From the human T2T-CHM13v2.0 reference genome, Homo sapiens, in assembly GCF_009914755.1 (NCBI RefSeq), contig NC_060925.1: DNA of 64,000 nt. One strand, 5' to 3'. The notes under the pieces are model-generated. The model saw only the letters and a list, made by a program, of their open reading frames with translations. It was not told where the DNA came from and did no database searches. How positions within the stretch are numbered: position 1 is the first letter of the stretch; each line of letters begins with the position of its first letter. Position numbers and translations under genes: made by a program. Below, in pieces: positions 41,303 to 55,664 of this stretch.

Positions 41303-43261
41303 GTATGGACTCTTTCTATTGCAGCAGATTTTTATTGTAAATGATGTGTGAAGTCTGAAATTGAATAAGGTACTAAAGTGAACTTTCTCTAATACATGCC
41401 CCCTTTGAATTGGTATCCTTTTAATAGGGGTCCCTTTAATTTATAAAACGATAGTAATAATAATAATGATTATACTAATATCAGAAATAGATAAGATGTA
41501 CCTTCTAGGATACTCTTAACACAATCAAGACTCTGTACATGGAATATCTATAATAGAATTAAGAAAGTATGTCAGTTATATTTTTAGTTGAAAAATTACC
41601 CTAAATGTTTATTAATAACGACAATCAACCTCTATATAACATCTTTTACTTAGGATGTACCCAGCATGCACTGCAAAGCTGTTTCTGCGAGTAGCAAGGG
41701 AATCCCTTCACCCATCACTACATCTCAGCAAGGCCCAGGGTTAACAGCTGATGTTCAGCATGATAAAACGCAGCACAAGATGGAAGGGAATATCAAATGA
41801 GAATTTTTATGGAAAATTCCAATTGTTCTACAAATAGGATGTTTGGGAACTTCAGGTGTTCGACGTCTGAGCATTTTGTTGTTGTCGTTACTGTTTTTAA
41901 GTAGGACCATGGTTCTCCATGTGCAAGGAAAGCTGCCTCTTCATGCCACCTTATCTTACTGATTCTATGGTGACTCAGCAAGATCAGTTTTAGCAAGGTA
42001 GACACTTGGTAGTTATTATCCACGGCTTCTGAATTTGCTTGGGAGTTCAACTTTGAGGCTTCTGAGTGGCCCCCAGCTGATTTAGCTTCCATAACCAGAT
42101 CAGAATTTCAACCTGAGTGGTATGCCATTAGTTTGATAATGCCTTAAATTTGCATGTTTGGTCTTTGATGACAGTCCTGTGAGAAAAGACCCTTTCCCCC
42201 ATCCCCCAGTATTTGGCTTATATGATTGATCTTTTGTATCTCTTCCGAAGTAAGTAAACCAAACTATCACATATTCACATTCCTACCTGGGTAAGTTTGT
42301 GGTTTGCTAACATATGATCTCATCTGAGATTTTTAAATATCAGAACAATATCATGGTTTTGGTGTTGGTTGATTAAATCCAATTAATTAATAAGTGTGGG
42401 CATGGATATTAATTTACCTAGGCTTGCCCCTTTGGGGACTTCTTAACAGATACAGGTTTATGTGGTGATATCAATGATTTCTAGACGATTACGATTTTTT
42501 ATATATTGCTTCTTAAGTATGTGTATGTCTTATAGTTCAATTACTGTTAACTGCTGGAAAACAACAGCAAACCATCTTATACTAGATTTTATGTAGAATT
42601 GTATTCTCAAAGTTAATACTTTAATAAGATATATTTATTAATGAATAGAATTATGTATGTATGTATATATATTTAATTTTCCATTCATAGATACGTTTTA
42701 AGCCTTAGATTTATCATCAGACTTGGTCATCATTTGCATGTCCTCAACATCAAGGAATTAAATATTCATTTAAACACAAAAGGAGTCAAGATTAAATATT
42801 ATCAAAAAGCAGGAGTTAATTATTTTCCCTATAGTTAATACCAGTAACATTTACAGTGTTATTTGTGGACCATGTATATTTAAAAATTTTAACACATCAC
42901 TACTAAATTTAGTGCTTGTTTTTTCTTTTTTGTGTAATCTATTGTCCTAATCTTTGAATGTATTTTAATTATTTCAATTTATATATTTAATAATAATTGT
43001 TATTATAGTTTTATAATATGTAATTTGTTATGTTAGCACATAAAATATGAATCAATATAAGATGAGCAGATAGAACATTATCTGCTTGACTTTTCTTATA
43101 TTGTTGTGAAAATAGAAAAATGTAATTCTAAAAAAAGAAGTCGTGTTTAACAGTTAAAATTGAATGAGATATAAGCATTCATAAGCTGTGAGTAAATTAT
43201 TAATATGATTTCCTGTAAATTCTGTGAAAATCAAGCTCTTTTGTCTTTACTTTTCTCATAG

Positions 43262-43340
43262 TATTACAATTCCTGAGAAATTGGAATACTTCATTAACAA
43301 ATATGCAGAACACTCCCATGACAAATGGTCAATGGACAAG
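43262..43340 (+). CDS. RYR2: RYR2 exon 54 (79 nt)
   Basis: catag|T, NITIPEKLEYFINKYAEHSHDKWSMDK, AAG|GTAAAA; phase 2-0. Confidence 0.96.
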
Positions 43341-43712
43341 GTAAAAAGAGTATTACATTCTAATTCAGTAGTCATTATTAATGACTGGTCACTGTTCAAA
43401 TATTTCTGACCATGACAGTTTTCTGTTTTAAAATGAGAACTTGATCTAAATTAGGAAAAAATACTTAATTACAATTAGCTTATATAATAATATAATATTT
43501 AGCTAGCTCTATCATTAACACAAATATGATACCCTTATGAATAAGCACTATTTTAAGCTTTCAAAAGATCTATTCATTAAATTATAAATATAGTTTCTAT
43601 AACATATATTGTTTATCAGAGTAAAAAGCAACAATCACCAAGAGCTTCAGGAGGAAATGATGACTCCGGGTTCAGAATTCACCTTTTAAGGAAACTTTGG
43701 TTTTATATGTAG

Positions 43713-44016
43713 GTTTTTTTGGTTTATTTTTTGAGTCCTGCTCTGCTGCCCAGGCTGGAGTGCAGTGGTGTGATCATACCTCACTGCAGCCTGGAACTAC
43801 CGGGCTCGAGCAATCCTCCTGCCTCAACCGCCTGAGTAGTTGGGACTACAGGTGCACACCACCATACCTTGCTAATTGTTAATATTTTTTATAGAGATGC
43901 GATCTTGCTATGTTGCCCAGGCTGGTCTCCAACTGTTGTTGGCCTCAAGCAGTTGTTCAGCCAGCCTCAGCCTCCCAAACTGCTGAGATTACAGGCATGA
44001 GCCACCATGCCTGGCC
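43713..44016 (-). mobile_element. AluJ
   Basis: AluJ diagnostics; perfect 14-bp TSD ggttttatatgtag (43699-43712 / 44018-44031). Confidence 0.9.
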
Positions 44017-45301
44017 AGGTTTTATATGTAGTTCTATATCAGATAAAATCTTGAAAATTCTTAATCAGGATTTAACAATTATTTACCTTTTCTATTCTTC
44101 TGTTGTATTTCTTACTACCAACTAGATCTGCAGTTTACTAAAAATAGATTACATCGGCCAGGTGATTTTTTTGTGTGTTTTCAAGAAAAACAACAGAAAT
44201 GAGAAAACTAAAGTAGCTGCATCTATGAGATAATTTCTACATATTATAAGTTTTCTAAAGGAAATCTTATGCCTACAGGTTCATGTTTAAGTTGAGCTTA
44301 GTCTAAACTTGACAGAGGATAAAGTAGGTTCATCAGAGGAGTTGAGTTGAGATAGTTCAAGAACTAAAATACTTCTATATTGGTTTGGCGAAATGAAAAT
44401 CAGACACCAAAGGTTGCTTCCAGAGGATGTGTATGCTACGTAACAAATAAAGATCATCATGCTGGAGATGTCATGTTGAGTTTCAAACTCTGCCCTGGCC
44501 AGCCAGTCTTTCGGTCCCTCTAAGAAACCCTTTTTTGTTGGTTTTGATAAGTATCTGGTTCTTCATTCAGTAATTGATTTACTAGGTAAGTCAGTAAGGA
44601 TCTATCTTATATAAAAACTCTGCTAAATACTGAGTGGGTGGAGTTGGTGATGGAGAGGAATATTACAGGAAGGTTTTCCAGTCTAATTACTCAGATTCTG
44701 TAGGCAGACAAGAAATTATATAGGGAAATGGTGATATGTACAGATGGGCAAAATAATATGGAATGAATGTGTTGAGAGAAAATTTGATGAAAGAATGGGT
44801 AAAACAGGTGGCATTATTCAGAGAAGACGCTGAGATGCATACTCTAGTTTTCCTATTTAAAATGCATGTTTTGTATTTACACTTCATAGGTGGGGTCCCA
44901 AGATGGGTCAGAATAAATATCCTTGGGACCATGCATCCCTCTAGCCTCCTCCTGTGGGAATGCTTATTGGCACAATTATAAGACCTTGGTCTGTTTAAGG
45001 AAGATCAAGTGCTTCTAATCTCTAGATAAAAGACTTGTTCCAGATGATTACTGAAAATACATCATGCAATATGTCCATGTAACAAAACTGCACATTTACT
45101 CCCTGAATCTGAAATTTAAAATAAAAGAAAATAGCATTGAATATCTTTATAGTGACTTATGCTGGATAAAATTTCAATCTTAACCCTTACCTTAGTTCAT
45201 TTTAGGTTTATTTTATCAAACACGCACTTAAACACCTGCATATCTACAATCTCTAAAATTAACACGTGTAAAACAATTTTTAATGTTTGCCTTTTTTTAA
45301 G

Positions 45302-45391
45302 TTGGCAAATGGATGGATTTATGGAGAAATATATTCAGACTCTTCTAAGGTTCAGCCATTAATGAAGCCATATAAGCTATTGTCTGAAAAG
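45302..45391 (+). CDS. RYR2: RYR2 exon 55 (90 nt)
   Basis: ttaag|TTG, LANGWIYGEIYSDSSKVQPLMKPYKLLSEK, AAG|GTAAGG; phase 0-0. Confidence 0.96.
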
Positions 45392-46126
45392 GTAAGGATT
45401 TTTTGTTTGTTTTAGTTTGTAAAGTTTTTATTCTTTTGAAAAATGTGTTTTTTGGTTATATTTTTTATATTAAAATGTCTTCTTTATTTTAAATTTCACA
45501 TTTTTTCTTCCAAAGGTCCCGTTTAAAAAAAAAACCTTCTTATATTTTGTCTTTTCCTCTCAATTCTTAATTTCTGTCAGCCTTTCTGTGTTTATTCTCT
45601 TCTCTCCTTAACATTTTTCTTTTCCTTTTTGGTTTTTATTCCTCTCCCATATTTTTAAGTACTTTAAAAAATCTTCTTATCATGCTTAAGAGTTTCTTGA
45701 TGAGTGATGACAAAGTAATAATGTGCTTATTATGTATAGATTTTCATATATTTTACTTCTTTGGGAAAAAAATGAGTATCTTGACAAATGAAGTGAAAAG
45801 GATTTCACTTCATTGTGAGTCACATGTATATTACATAAGCTGTCCCTTTTTTCTGTGTAAGGTCCTAGGAACCGGGTTGCTAAAGGAAATTGACCTTGGT
45901 GCTATATAATGAACAAAGCGAGGATCCCTCTTACTAACATTAGTAAAACTAGATCTCTGCTCACACTCTGCTTTTTAGAATTTTACTTTCCTTTTTATAT
46001 TTTTAAATAAGCTATGCTCATCAAATTTTTAAAAAGTGAAGGCAGTCTATTTTAGAGCAAAGCGTTACTTAACATTTTTATTTACATTCATAATATATCT
46101 GTTGTTTCTTGTTTTTTCTTCTCTAG

Positions 46127-46264
46127 GAAAAAGAAATTTATCGCTGGCCAATCAAAGAATCTTTAAAAACTATGCTGGCTTGGGGCTGGAGAATTGAAAG
46201 AACTCGGGAGGGAGACAGCATGGCCCTTTACAACCGGACTCGTCGTATTTCTCAGACAAGCCAG
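46127..46264 (+). CDS. RYR2: RYR2 exon 56 (138 nt; S2808 at 46250-46252)
   Basis: tctag|[52 protein letters not shown]|GTAAGA; phase 0-0. Confidence 0.97.
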
Positions 46265-46513
46265 GTAAGAATTCATCACGGTGATGAATCAACTGTTTAT
46301 GTTATGGATTAAATAATTTTTTAAATTTAATTATTGAGTTTTTCTAAAAAATAATCTGAAAATTCTGAAGAGTCACAAAATTTAGAAGGGAGAGAAAAAA
46401 GCTATATATATATTTTTTTTAGTTTCAAAGGAGGTTAAATGATGATTAAGTTACTGGACTTTATGTACAAGCCTTCCTTTTCCTGGCTAGTATAGAAGAA
46501 GTAACCAGTTGTA

Positions 46514-46830
46514 GGACATGGATGAAGCTGGAAACCATCATTCTCAGCAAACTAACACAGGAACAGAAAACCAAACACCGCATGTTCTCACTCATAAGTG
46601 GAAGCTGAACAATGAAAACACATGGACAGAGGAAGGGGAACATCACACACCGGGGCCTGTCAGGGAGTGGGGGGCTAGGGGAGGGATAGCATTAAGAGAA
46701 ATACCTAATGTAGATGACGGGTTGATGGGTGCAGCAAACCATTGTGGCACGTGTATACCTATGTAACAAACCTGCACGTTCTGCACATGTACCCCAGAAC
46801 TTAAAGTATAATAAAAAATTTAAAAGAAGA
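46514..46830 (+). mobile_element. 5'-truncated L1PA (L1PA7-like) 3' end
   Basis: L1 3'UTR; perfect 20-bp TSD agaagaagtaaccagttgta (46494-46513 / 46831-46850). Confidence 0.93.
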
Positions 46831-48799
46831 AGAAGAAGTAACCAGTTGTAAGGTCCTGAAGTTTTCCTAATGAAAACAGTACATCATGTTCGTTTGCTAC
46901 AGCTAGTTTGTCTATAGGGCTTTCTTCTCATTTCCAGTGGGATCTGAGGGTTGATTCTTAGGAAAGAGTAGGGTGTTCAGACAGTCATGATCCAGATTTA
47001 GAAGGCACAAGGGCGCTCCTGTCTGCAGAGGGAAGGTATACAGCCACACAGGCAGAGCAAGAATTCACAGAAGATGTTGCTGCTGGACCATGTCAAGGGA
47101 GTTTGACAAACAAGCAAGGCTCTACCCATAGGTCTTCGGTGCTCAAGGTGGCAAGAGTAAGGCACAGCCTTGATGTGGAAAAGCTAGAGTTCAGGGAGGA
47201 CACCAAATACCACCCGTTAACATTTAGTCACGAGGTCATGTGAGCTGCTTACCTTTGACCCCCTCATTTCTCCTGGGAGCTAAATCTGTCATTATTCTTT
47301 TCCTGACCCCTCAGCTCACTATGTATGTGGTTTACACCAAATATTGTTTATTATTGCTATTTACACAAATATCATTTTTGAAAAAAAAATGAGGGTCTAA
47401 CAGCATGTGCTTCACATGCTCCATATTTGAAATATACTTTTAAATAAATTTGACCTTGGTCAAATTTTAATTTTAAATAAATTGAGTTCTGATTTGGGCA
47501 TACTTTACATTCAATTGTCTTTGGGATGTATCATATATGGATGGAAGCTATAAAAGTGTATTTTATCTATTTTTTTGTCTGTGTACTTTTCTAAGTAGAT
47601 TAGCTTTTATTTTAATCTGTTTCAACAAATGCTGAGCACAAACTGCGTACTAGATAATAAGAATACAAAGATAGCAAGACAATTCTAATGCTAAAAGTCA
47701 TAAAATAGTGTTAGATAAGGTCAAGTTAAATCTACTACAACATGGTATGGTAAGGGTGGGACTAGTGGTATGAATAAGGCACTACACAGTATAGAGAAAG
47801 GGATGTTTTTTTTTTAATTATTCTGTCAGGTAGATAAGAAATAAGAAATTACTACAAATGGAGGTGACTTTAGGCTTCATGAAAAATAAGGTAGATTCTC
47901 CCACTGCCCTTAATAACAAAAATTATGTACTCTAATTTAAAATCATGTATATTTTATATCACTCCTCTTTCTCTTTCTCCTTTTTGTTCTAATAGTAAGC
48001 CCTTAATAGACCCTATTAACCCGTGAAACCATCTCTCATGTCTTAGTGATTTTCACGGTGACATGTGATTTTTGAAATTCATTCTTAAATTTCATATGCG
48101 ATTTCAAAATATTAGGCGATGCTTGTGCCAGAGGCACAGTTTATGAGATAAGAGGAAGGGCTATGGAATTTCACCACTTGGGCTTAAATCCTGGTAGTGC
48201 TACTTTCTAAAGATGTACCTTTGTGTACTTGATCTCTGTTTGCCTCATTAAATGTGAATTCTTATTGTTACTATTGTTATGTCAATATTTCTGTGGAGGG
48301 CATTTATTGAGAGCATCTCATTAGCGGTAAATGAAAGAGTATATTTGTGTTTGTAGCACTTTGGCCTGTAGGTGGGAAAGAAAGAATATTTCTATAAGCC
48401 TCAGAAATGGGGAGCAATATACACCAAAGGCCACAAGTCTATTTATAACTTGCCATTATTTTCACCCAAAGGTTCTTTAAGCATAAACCAATATTATTTG
48501 AAATATTAACATAGATTGTCGTTTCTCCATTACTTGCCTTATAGCATTTTCTTTTTTGACTGTCATCTTGTTAAACCTCTTCGTCTTTTTTTATGTTACT
48601 GATTTCCTATGTGATTATAAAGCAATTTTCTATCATGTATAAACTCTTCTGACTAAAGGAACACTTTTTATAGCATCATTTTATAAAAGGAATACAAATG
48701 GATGAGTGAAGATCATGTGTAGATGTGATTCTGAGCCTGAATTCCTCAGCTTTTTTTCACTGGGGCTTAGCACTCCCTCAGGGACACACAAGTGGCCCA

Positions 48800-49050
48800 T
48801 GGTTAACGGCAGTATCTGGCACAGCCAAGCCTGGGGTGACATTCTGGTCTCACCCATGAGTACCTAGCTGGTATCGTGAGCTTGGGTAAACTGGTTAACC
48901 TCTGTATGCTGCAGTTTTCTCATTTTTAAAATGAAGCTGGTATGAGCATCGGCTTTGAAAGAATGTTGTGAGTGTTCTGGTTATGATGCTTGTCAATCAC
49001 TTAAAAGAATAACTGGCATATATTTCAATATAGGTGAGCCATAATTTTTG
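48800..49050 (+). mobile_element. MIR
   Basis: gtgagcttgggtaaactggttaacctctgtatgctgcagttttctcatttttaaaatga. Confidence 0.62.
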
Positions 49051-49574
49051 TCGTTATCATCGTTATGTGGATCAATAACCTGATGAATGTCCTTTGTTTA
49101 CCATGAATACCACAGGAAGACATGAATCCTGATTTCAGGAAATTTACTGTCCACTTAGGGTTTTATAATTTGCATATGTAAGACAAACTTAAGGACATGA
49201 ATAATACCAGTATCAACTTGACAGAATATACAATAGAGTATATAAGGGCTGATCAAAGTTACAAGAAGCTGATTGGAGAGGGGTTAACTGGGTGGGTTTT
49301 GACCCCCTCCTTGGTAGGGATACTAAAGAAAACAGCAAAAAACATTTCTGACAATTTCAGGCATATCCCACAGGTTTTCAACAATTATTTACTCCCAAAT
49401 TCCAATTTCTTACCTTGTATCTGTTTTTCAGTACTACACATGTAGGACAAAAACTATTTAAAACAAATGAAAAATAAGCTTATAACCCGGAAGGGGAATG
49501 GAGATTAGAATGAAACTTTTGGAATGTGTTTCTTATCTAGAACTAAAATACAAGATAGGATAGAGGAATGGTGC

Positions 49575-49715
49575 ATTCATTCCTTCAACAGATACTTATT
49601 GAGCACCTATTATGTATGCTGCATTGTTCTAAGCTTTTCAAATAGATCAGTGATGAAATGGAAAAAAATCTCTGCTGTCAAGGAGCTTACATTCTAATGG
49701 GGGAAATAAACAACA
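49575..49715 (-). mobile_element. L2 3' end
   Basis: cattcattccttcaacagatacttattgagcacctattatgt...ggagcttacattcta. Confidence 0.7.
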
Positions 49716-49718
49716 TAC

Positions 49719-50035
49719 TTGAAACTGGGCAAATTTCAAAAGAAAGAGGTTCAATGGACTCACAGTTCCACGTGGCTGCGGAGGCCTCACACTCATGGTG
49801 GAAGGTAACAGGCACATCTCACATGGTGGTAGACGAGAAGAATGAGGAACCAAGTGAGAGGGGTTTCCCCTTATGAAACCACCAGATCTTGTGAGACTTA
49901 TTCACTACCACAAGAACAGTATGGAGGAAAATGCCCCTATGATTCAGTTATCTCCCACTGGGTACCCCCGACAATATGAGGGAATTATGGGAGCTACAAT
50001 TCAAGAGGAGATTTGGGTGGGGACATAGACATAAT
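49719..50035 (-). mobile_element. THE1-family LTR fragment
   Basis: ggactcacagttccacgtggctgcggaggcctcaca...gagatttgggtggggaca. Confidence 0.82.
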
Positions 50036-50434
50036 AATGGATGAAGGGGAGTAACCCGAGATGGTTGCCATGGATTCTAGCTTGTGTCCCCAAATCAATA
50101 GCTGTGTTAGGTGAGGTAAAGACCATAGGAGTGCTGGGGACAGCAAGGAGAGAATAATGACTTTGATTTTATATGTTGTGGTGGGCAAAATTATGACTCC
50201 CAAATATGTTCACCCACTCCTCACTACAACTGTATGGGAACTATGGTGTTGATAGCAGTTATGGTGGTAGTAGTGATAATGATAGTATACTAACAATGAG
50301 AATAGCCATTTACTAAAATTCCTGATCCATTTCTTTGTGTCAGGCACTTTGCTAAGGATTTTACATCCATTACCTAGTTTCATACCAACCTTTGAGGCTG
50401 GTGGCCTATTTAGCATATTAAAAGAAAAACTCCA

Positions 50435-50731
<297 letters not shown>

Positions 50732-51815
50732 TCAGACAAATTAAATTTAACAGAGTTTAATTGAACAAAGAACCAGTGGCAGTCCCTGAAACCAGGACAG
50801 GTTCAGTGAGAGTTTGGGGCTGCCCTGCGGCTGGATAATGTTTATAGATAAAACGGGATGCTCAAAAAACAGCAGTGAGGTACAGAGAAAGCTGGATTCA
50901 TTCCACCATGGTGTTTGCCTTCTTTGAACAAGGTTTGAACAGTGTCCTCATGGTGAAAGGCACAGAAGCCAGGGTGCTGTCAAAACTGACCCGTAAGTTA
51001 AGTATCGCTCATGAGCCTGTTATTAGTTATAGCATATGTAACACTCACTTTTATTTCACAAGCATGATAATGAGCTATATTTTCATTTTGTTTTTAGTTT
51101 GCTTTTTGGGCATTTTTAATGAGAGAATATACATAATTATGGAAAATATCAAGATATAGTTTTAGATTTATAAGCAGGAACCAGAGCTCATTTCTGTGGT
51201 ACACTTTCACATAACATGCCATTGGGTGGAAGGAGGTAAGTGCCCAGGATGGTTAGTGAAACTTCCTTAAAATTGATAAAGAGGTATATTTCATTTTTTA
51301 AAAGCTTTAATTCAGAAATTAAAGAAGTCTCTTCCTCGAGGATTTCCAAGTGCATTGCTGAATACTATATGATATACTATGATAATTTAAAAGTTGGTTA
51401 TACTTTATCCTAACATTTGACCCATCAAGACATTTGTAAATATTGACGTCTTTGATTAACTCTTGCTTGCGTGAGGAAGAGTAAATTTCATTGCAGCCAA
51501 TTTGGATTTGTAAGAAACTCAAAAATGTAATGATCCTCTGCATAAGATAATGTTTCAGAATTTTGGATTCATTGCACAATACATCAAATTCCGATAGGCA
51601 ATTTTCAGAATTATCAATCATAAATCATTTTCAGACACCCAAATATAATTTTAATGTGCGAGATGTGTTTACAACATCATTTTGTATAGAAACTTGCCAG
51701 TTTTATCTAAGGAAACACTATGTTTGGAAATTTGTGCCATATTTTTAAAGTATAAGTTAAGTCTCTCTTCACAAGGTTTTTAATGAGGCACTGTTTTTTC
51801 ACACAAATGATCTAG

Positions 51816-51893
51816 GTTTCTGTGGACGCTGCCCATGGTTACAGTCCCCGGGCCATTGACATGAGCAATGTTACACTATCTAGAGACCTGCAT
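51816..51893 (+). CDS. RYR2: RYR2 exon 57 (78 nt; S2814 at 51819-51821)
   Basis: tctag|GTT, VSVDAAHGYSPRAIDMSNVTLSRDLH, CAT|GTAAGT; phase 0-0. Confidence 0.96.
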
Positions 51894-51913
51894 GTAAGTA
51901 CTATTAACTTTTA

Positions 51914-52255
<342 letters not shown>

Positions 52256-53186
52256 TCAGCCGTATAACATATTTTCCTTTAATAGCCATTTAAAAATCTC
52301 TATGTTAAATAGTTGTGTGTGAGAAGAAAGTAAATAGTTAATAATGCTCTGTGCAAGGGCCACCTTCTTTTAAGTTTTTCCAGAGACATTGATTGCATTT
52401 GCTTGCTCCATTCATAGTCTCATCTGTTCTTTTTTGTCACCAAGGAACCTACTTTGAAATAGCAGATTTGAAAGTAAGATAAAATTTATTGCCTTGAGAC
52501 ATAAAGTTAATAGGTCAATATGGTGTTCAAATAACATATTAGCATTGTTGGTAACTGTATTGTTCCAAGAGAAATAAGGACCGTAAATATAAAATTTACA
52601 TATTGTTAAATTGTTTGGTTTGCCATTTGTTATTGCTCCCATATGAACGTATTAAAATGACACAGTAAACTTGAAAATCAAATGTAGAAAGAATCCGGGA
52701 GGTAATCTTATCAAAACCCAAAAGGTCACAGAAAGATTAACTTGGCTAGTCTAAGGTCTCTCACCTAGTTTGGACAGAGATTGATTTAGAAATCAAATCT
52801 TTGACTGTCCATCTAACATTCTCCATATTCAAGTTGCATAAGGTTTAGGTCATTTTTAAGGCTTTGGAAATTAAAACAAGAACTTGTAAATACAAATAGT
52901 TTTTCTGAAGTCCATAGCTATTTTGGTTTCATTATTGAATTAATGTCTTCAAACATTATGAATAACAATGACCATTTTCATTTGCTGTTTAGTTACTGTA
53001 TAATATTGCAAATCCTTACAATTCTCTGGGATTCACATTCTAAAGAAGAGTGTTTGATATCTTTTAAATGTATCATAGCACTAATACTGTATGAGTTATT
53101 CCTTTAAGGTATCTAATATTATATATTAGAAAGCAATATTATCCTTTTTTACTTATTGAAACGATAAATATTTTTGTTCATTTAAG

Positions 53187-53262
53187 GCTATGGCAGAAAT
53201 GATGGCTGAAAACTACCATAATATATGGGCAAAGAAAAAGAAAATGGAGTTGGAGTCCAAAG
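53187..53262 (+). CDS. RYR2: RYR2 exon 58 (76 nt)
   Basis: ttaag|[29 protein letters not shown]|GTAATA; phase 0-1. Confidence 0.96.
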
Positions 53263-54176
53263 GTAATATTTTCTAAAAACGTTTATTAAAAAATAATCTG
53301 AGCTCAATTCCATGAGTGTATGGATGAAGTCGTCTTCAGCACAACAGCTTATTATAACTTTTTAAAATCAGAACGGTTTAATTGTGCCTGTAACAGATTG
53401 AAGTTGGAAATGCTGTAATTTCCTAGTGGCTAGTATATATTTTCTTGTGTCTCAGAATTTTGACAGCTTTCTTTTACCCATTTTAGCTTACAGACTTCTG
53501 TACTTCTCATCCTGATATCTGAGTTGTTCTATGAATGACTTAGACTTCCCTCCCTGACTCTCTTCCCCAACTTAAATATCTCCTATCTCACCCCTTTTTA
53601 TTTCCTATCTCAGCCTCTTTTGTCTGGTCCAGCTATGTTACTGTCTCTTACATGCTTTTGCTTGCACTTTTCCCGTTTTTTTATTCAAATACTAAATGAA
53701 CTAATGTTCTCTTAGTTATTTCTCAAGTCTTTTAAAATTTATTTGCATATTTTCTTCAGTTTAACGTATGCTATGCTGATGATATCTTTCAACATTATTT
53801 ATTTGCCGTTAGTCTATACACATATTGTTTATAATGTGGTGTCTGTGTGTGTGCGCGCATATGCGCTGTCGTTAATGACTTCCTATATGGTTTTCTTTCC
53901 CCTGATAGGAATATACTATTTTCGAGCTCAGGGCCACAACATTTATTTCTTTTGTAATCCTTATTGTATAGTTACAGGTGCCAATAAAGCTTCTACTTTT
54001 TATTTATTTGACTAGGTGAAAATGTAGAAGGGGAGAAGATTTTGAAAGTGGGGATATTTCATGGTGAAAGGTAAAGCTGTGATATGGAAGGATGGTACCT
54101 GGCACCAAGCACTAGGAAACAGAGTAACACAAATTAGGATTGGTCACAGAGAGGAAAAGAGAAGATTCCACATTTT

Positions 54177-55664
54177 ATTTTTTATTTTTTTTATTTTTTA
54201 TTGATCATTCTTGGGTGTTTCTCGCAGAGGGGGATTTGGCAGGGTCATAGGACAATAGTGGAGGGAAGGTCAGCAGATAAACAAGTGAACAAAGGTCTCT
54301 GGTTTTCCTAGGCAGAGGACCCTGCGGCCTTCCGCAGTGTTTGTGTCCCTGGGTACTTGAGATTAGGGAGTGGTGATGACTCTTAACGAGCATGCTGCCT
54401 TCAAGCATCTGTTTAACAAAGCACGTCTTGCACCGCCCTTAATCCATTTAACCCTGAGTGGACACAGCACATGTTTCAGAGAGCACAGGGTTGGGGGTAA
54501 GGTCACAGATCAACAGGATCCCAAGGCAGAAGAATTTTTCTTAGTACAGAACAAAATGAAAAGTCTCCCATGTATACTTCTTTCTACACAGACACGGCAA
54601 CCATCTGATTTCTCAATCTTTTCCCCACCTTTCCCCCCTCTCTATTCCACAAAACCGCCATTGTCATCATGGCCCGTTCTCAATGAGCTGTTGGGTACAC
54701 CTCCCAGACGGGGTGGTGGCCTGGCAGAGGGGCTCCTCACTTCCCAGTAGGGGCGGCCGGGCAGAGGCGCCCCTCACCTCCCGGACGGGGCGGCTGGCCG
54801 GGCGGGGGGCTGACCTCCCCCCACCTCCCTCCCGCACGGGGCGGCTGCCGGGCGGAGGGGCTCCTCACTTCTCAGACGGGGCAGTTGCCAGGCAGAGGGT
54901 CTCCTCACTTCTCAGACGGGGCGGCCGGGCAGAGACGCTCCTCACATCCCAGACGGGGCGGCAGGGCAGAGGCGGTCCCCACATCTCAGAGGATGGGCGG
55001 CCGGGCAGAGACGCTCCTCACTTCCTAGATGTGATGGCGGCTGGGAAGAGGCGCTCCTCACTTCCTAGATGGGATGGCGGCCGGGCAGAGACGCTCCTCA
55101 CTTTCCAGACTGGGCAGCCAGGCAGAGGGGCTCCTCACATCCCAGATGATGGGCGGCCAGGCAGAGACGCTCCTCACTTCCCAGACGGGGTGGCGGCCGG
55201 GCAGAGGCTGCAATCTCGGCATTTTGGGAGGCCAAGGCAGGCGGCTGGGAGGTGGAGGTTGTAGCGAGCCGAGATCACGCCACTGCACTCCAGCCTGGGC
55301 ACCATTGAGCACTGAGTGAACGAGACTCCGTCTGCAATCCTGGCACCTCCAGAGGCCGAGGCTGGCGGATCACTTGCGGTTAGGGGCTGGAGACCGGCCT
55401 GGCCAACACAGCGAAACCCCGTCTCCACCAAAAAAATACGAAAACCAGTCAGGCGTGGCGGCGCGCGCCTGCAATCGCAGGCACTCGGCAGGCTGAGGCA
55501 GGAGAATCAGGCAGGGAGGTTGCAGTGAGCCGAGATGGCAGCTGTACAGTCCAGCTTCGGCTCGGCATCAGAGGGAGACCGTGGGGAGAGGGAGACTGTG
55601 GGGAGAGGGAGACTGGAGAGGGAGAGGGAGAGGGAGAGGGAGACGGGAGAGGGAGAGGGAGAGG
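54177..55664 (-). mobile_element. Full-length SVA retrotransposon (probably SVA_C/D), antisense in intron 58
   Basis: On the + strand: poly-T, SINE-R (54200-54690), GC-rich VNTR (~54700-55200), Alu-like region, (GGGAGA)n hexamers; 18-bp TSD gagaagattccacatttt at 54159-54176 and 55665-55682. Confidence 0.96.

Noticed and set aside
41413-41422. Perfect U12-type donor GTATCCTTTT 110 nt after the weak exon 53 donor
   Set aside because: No matching U12 branch point before exon 54, extension would include a stop, and one such 9-10-mer in 64 kb of AT-rich DNA is plausible by chance.
44138-44147. Perfect MEF2 site CTAAAAATAG
   Set aside because: Isolated AT-rich motif with no supporting cluster; expected by chance here.
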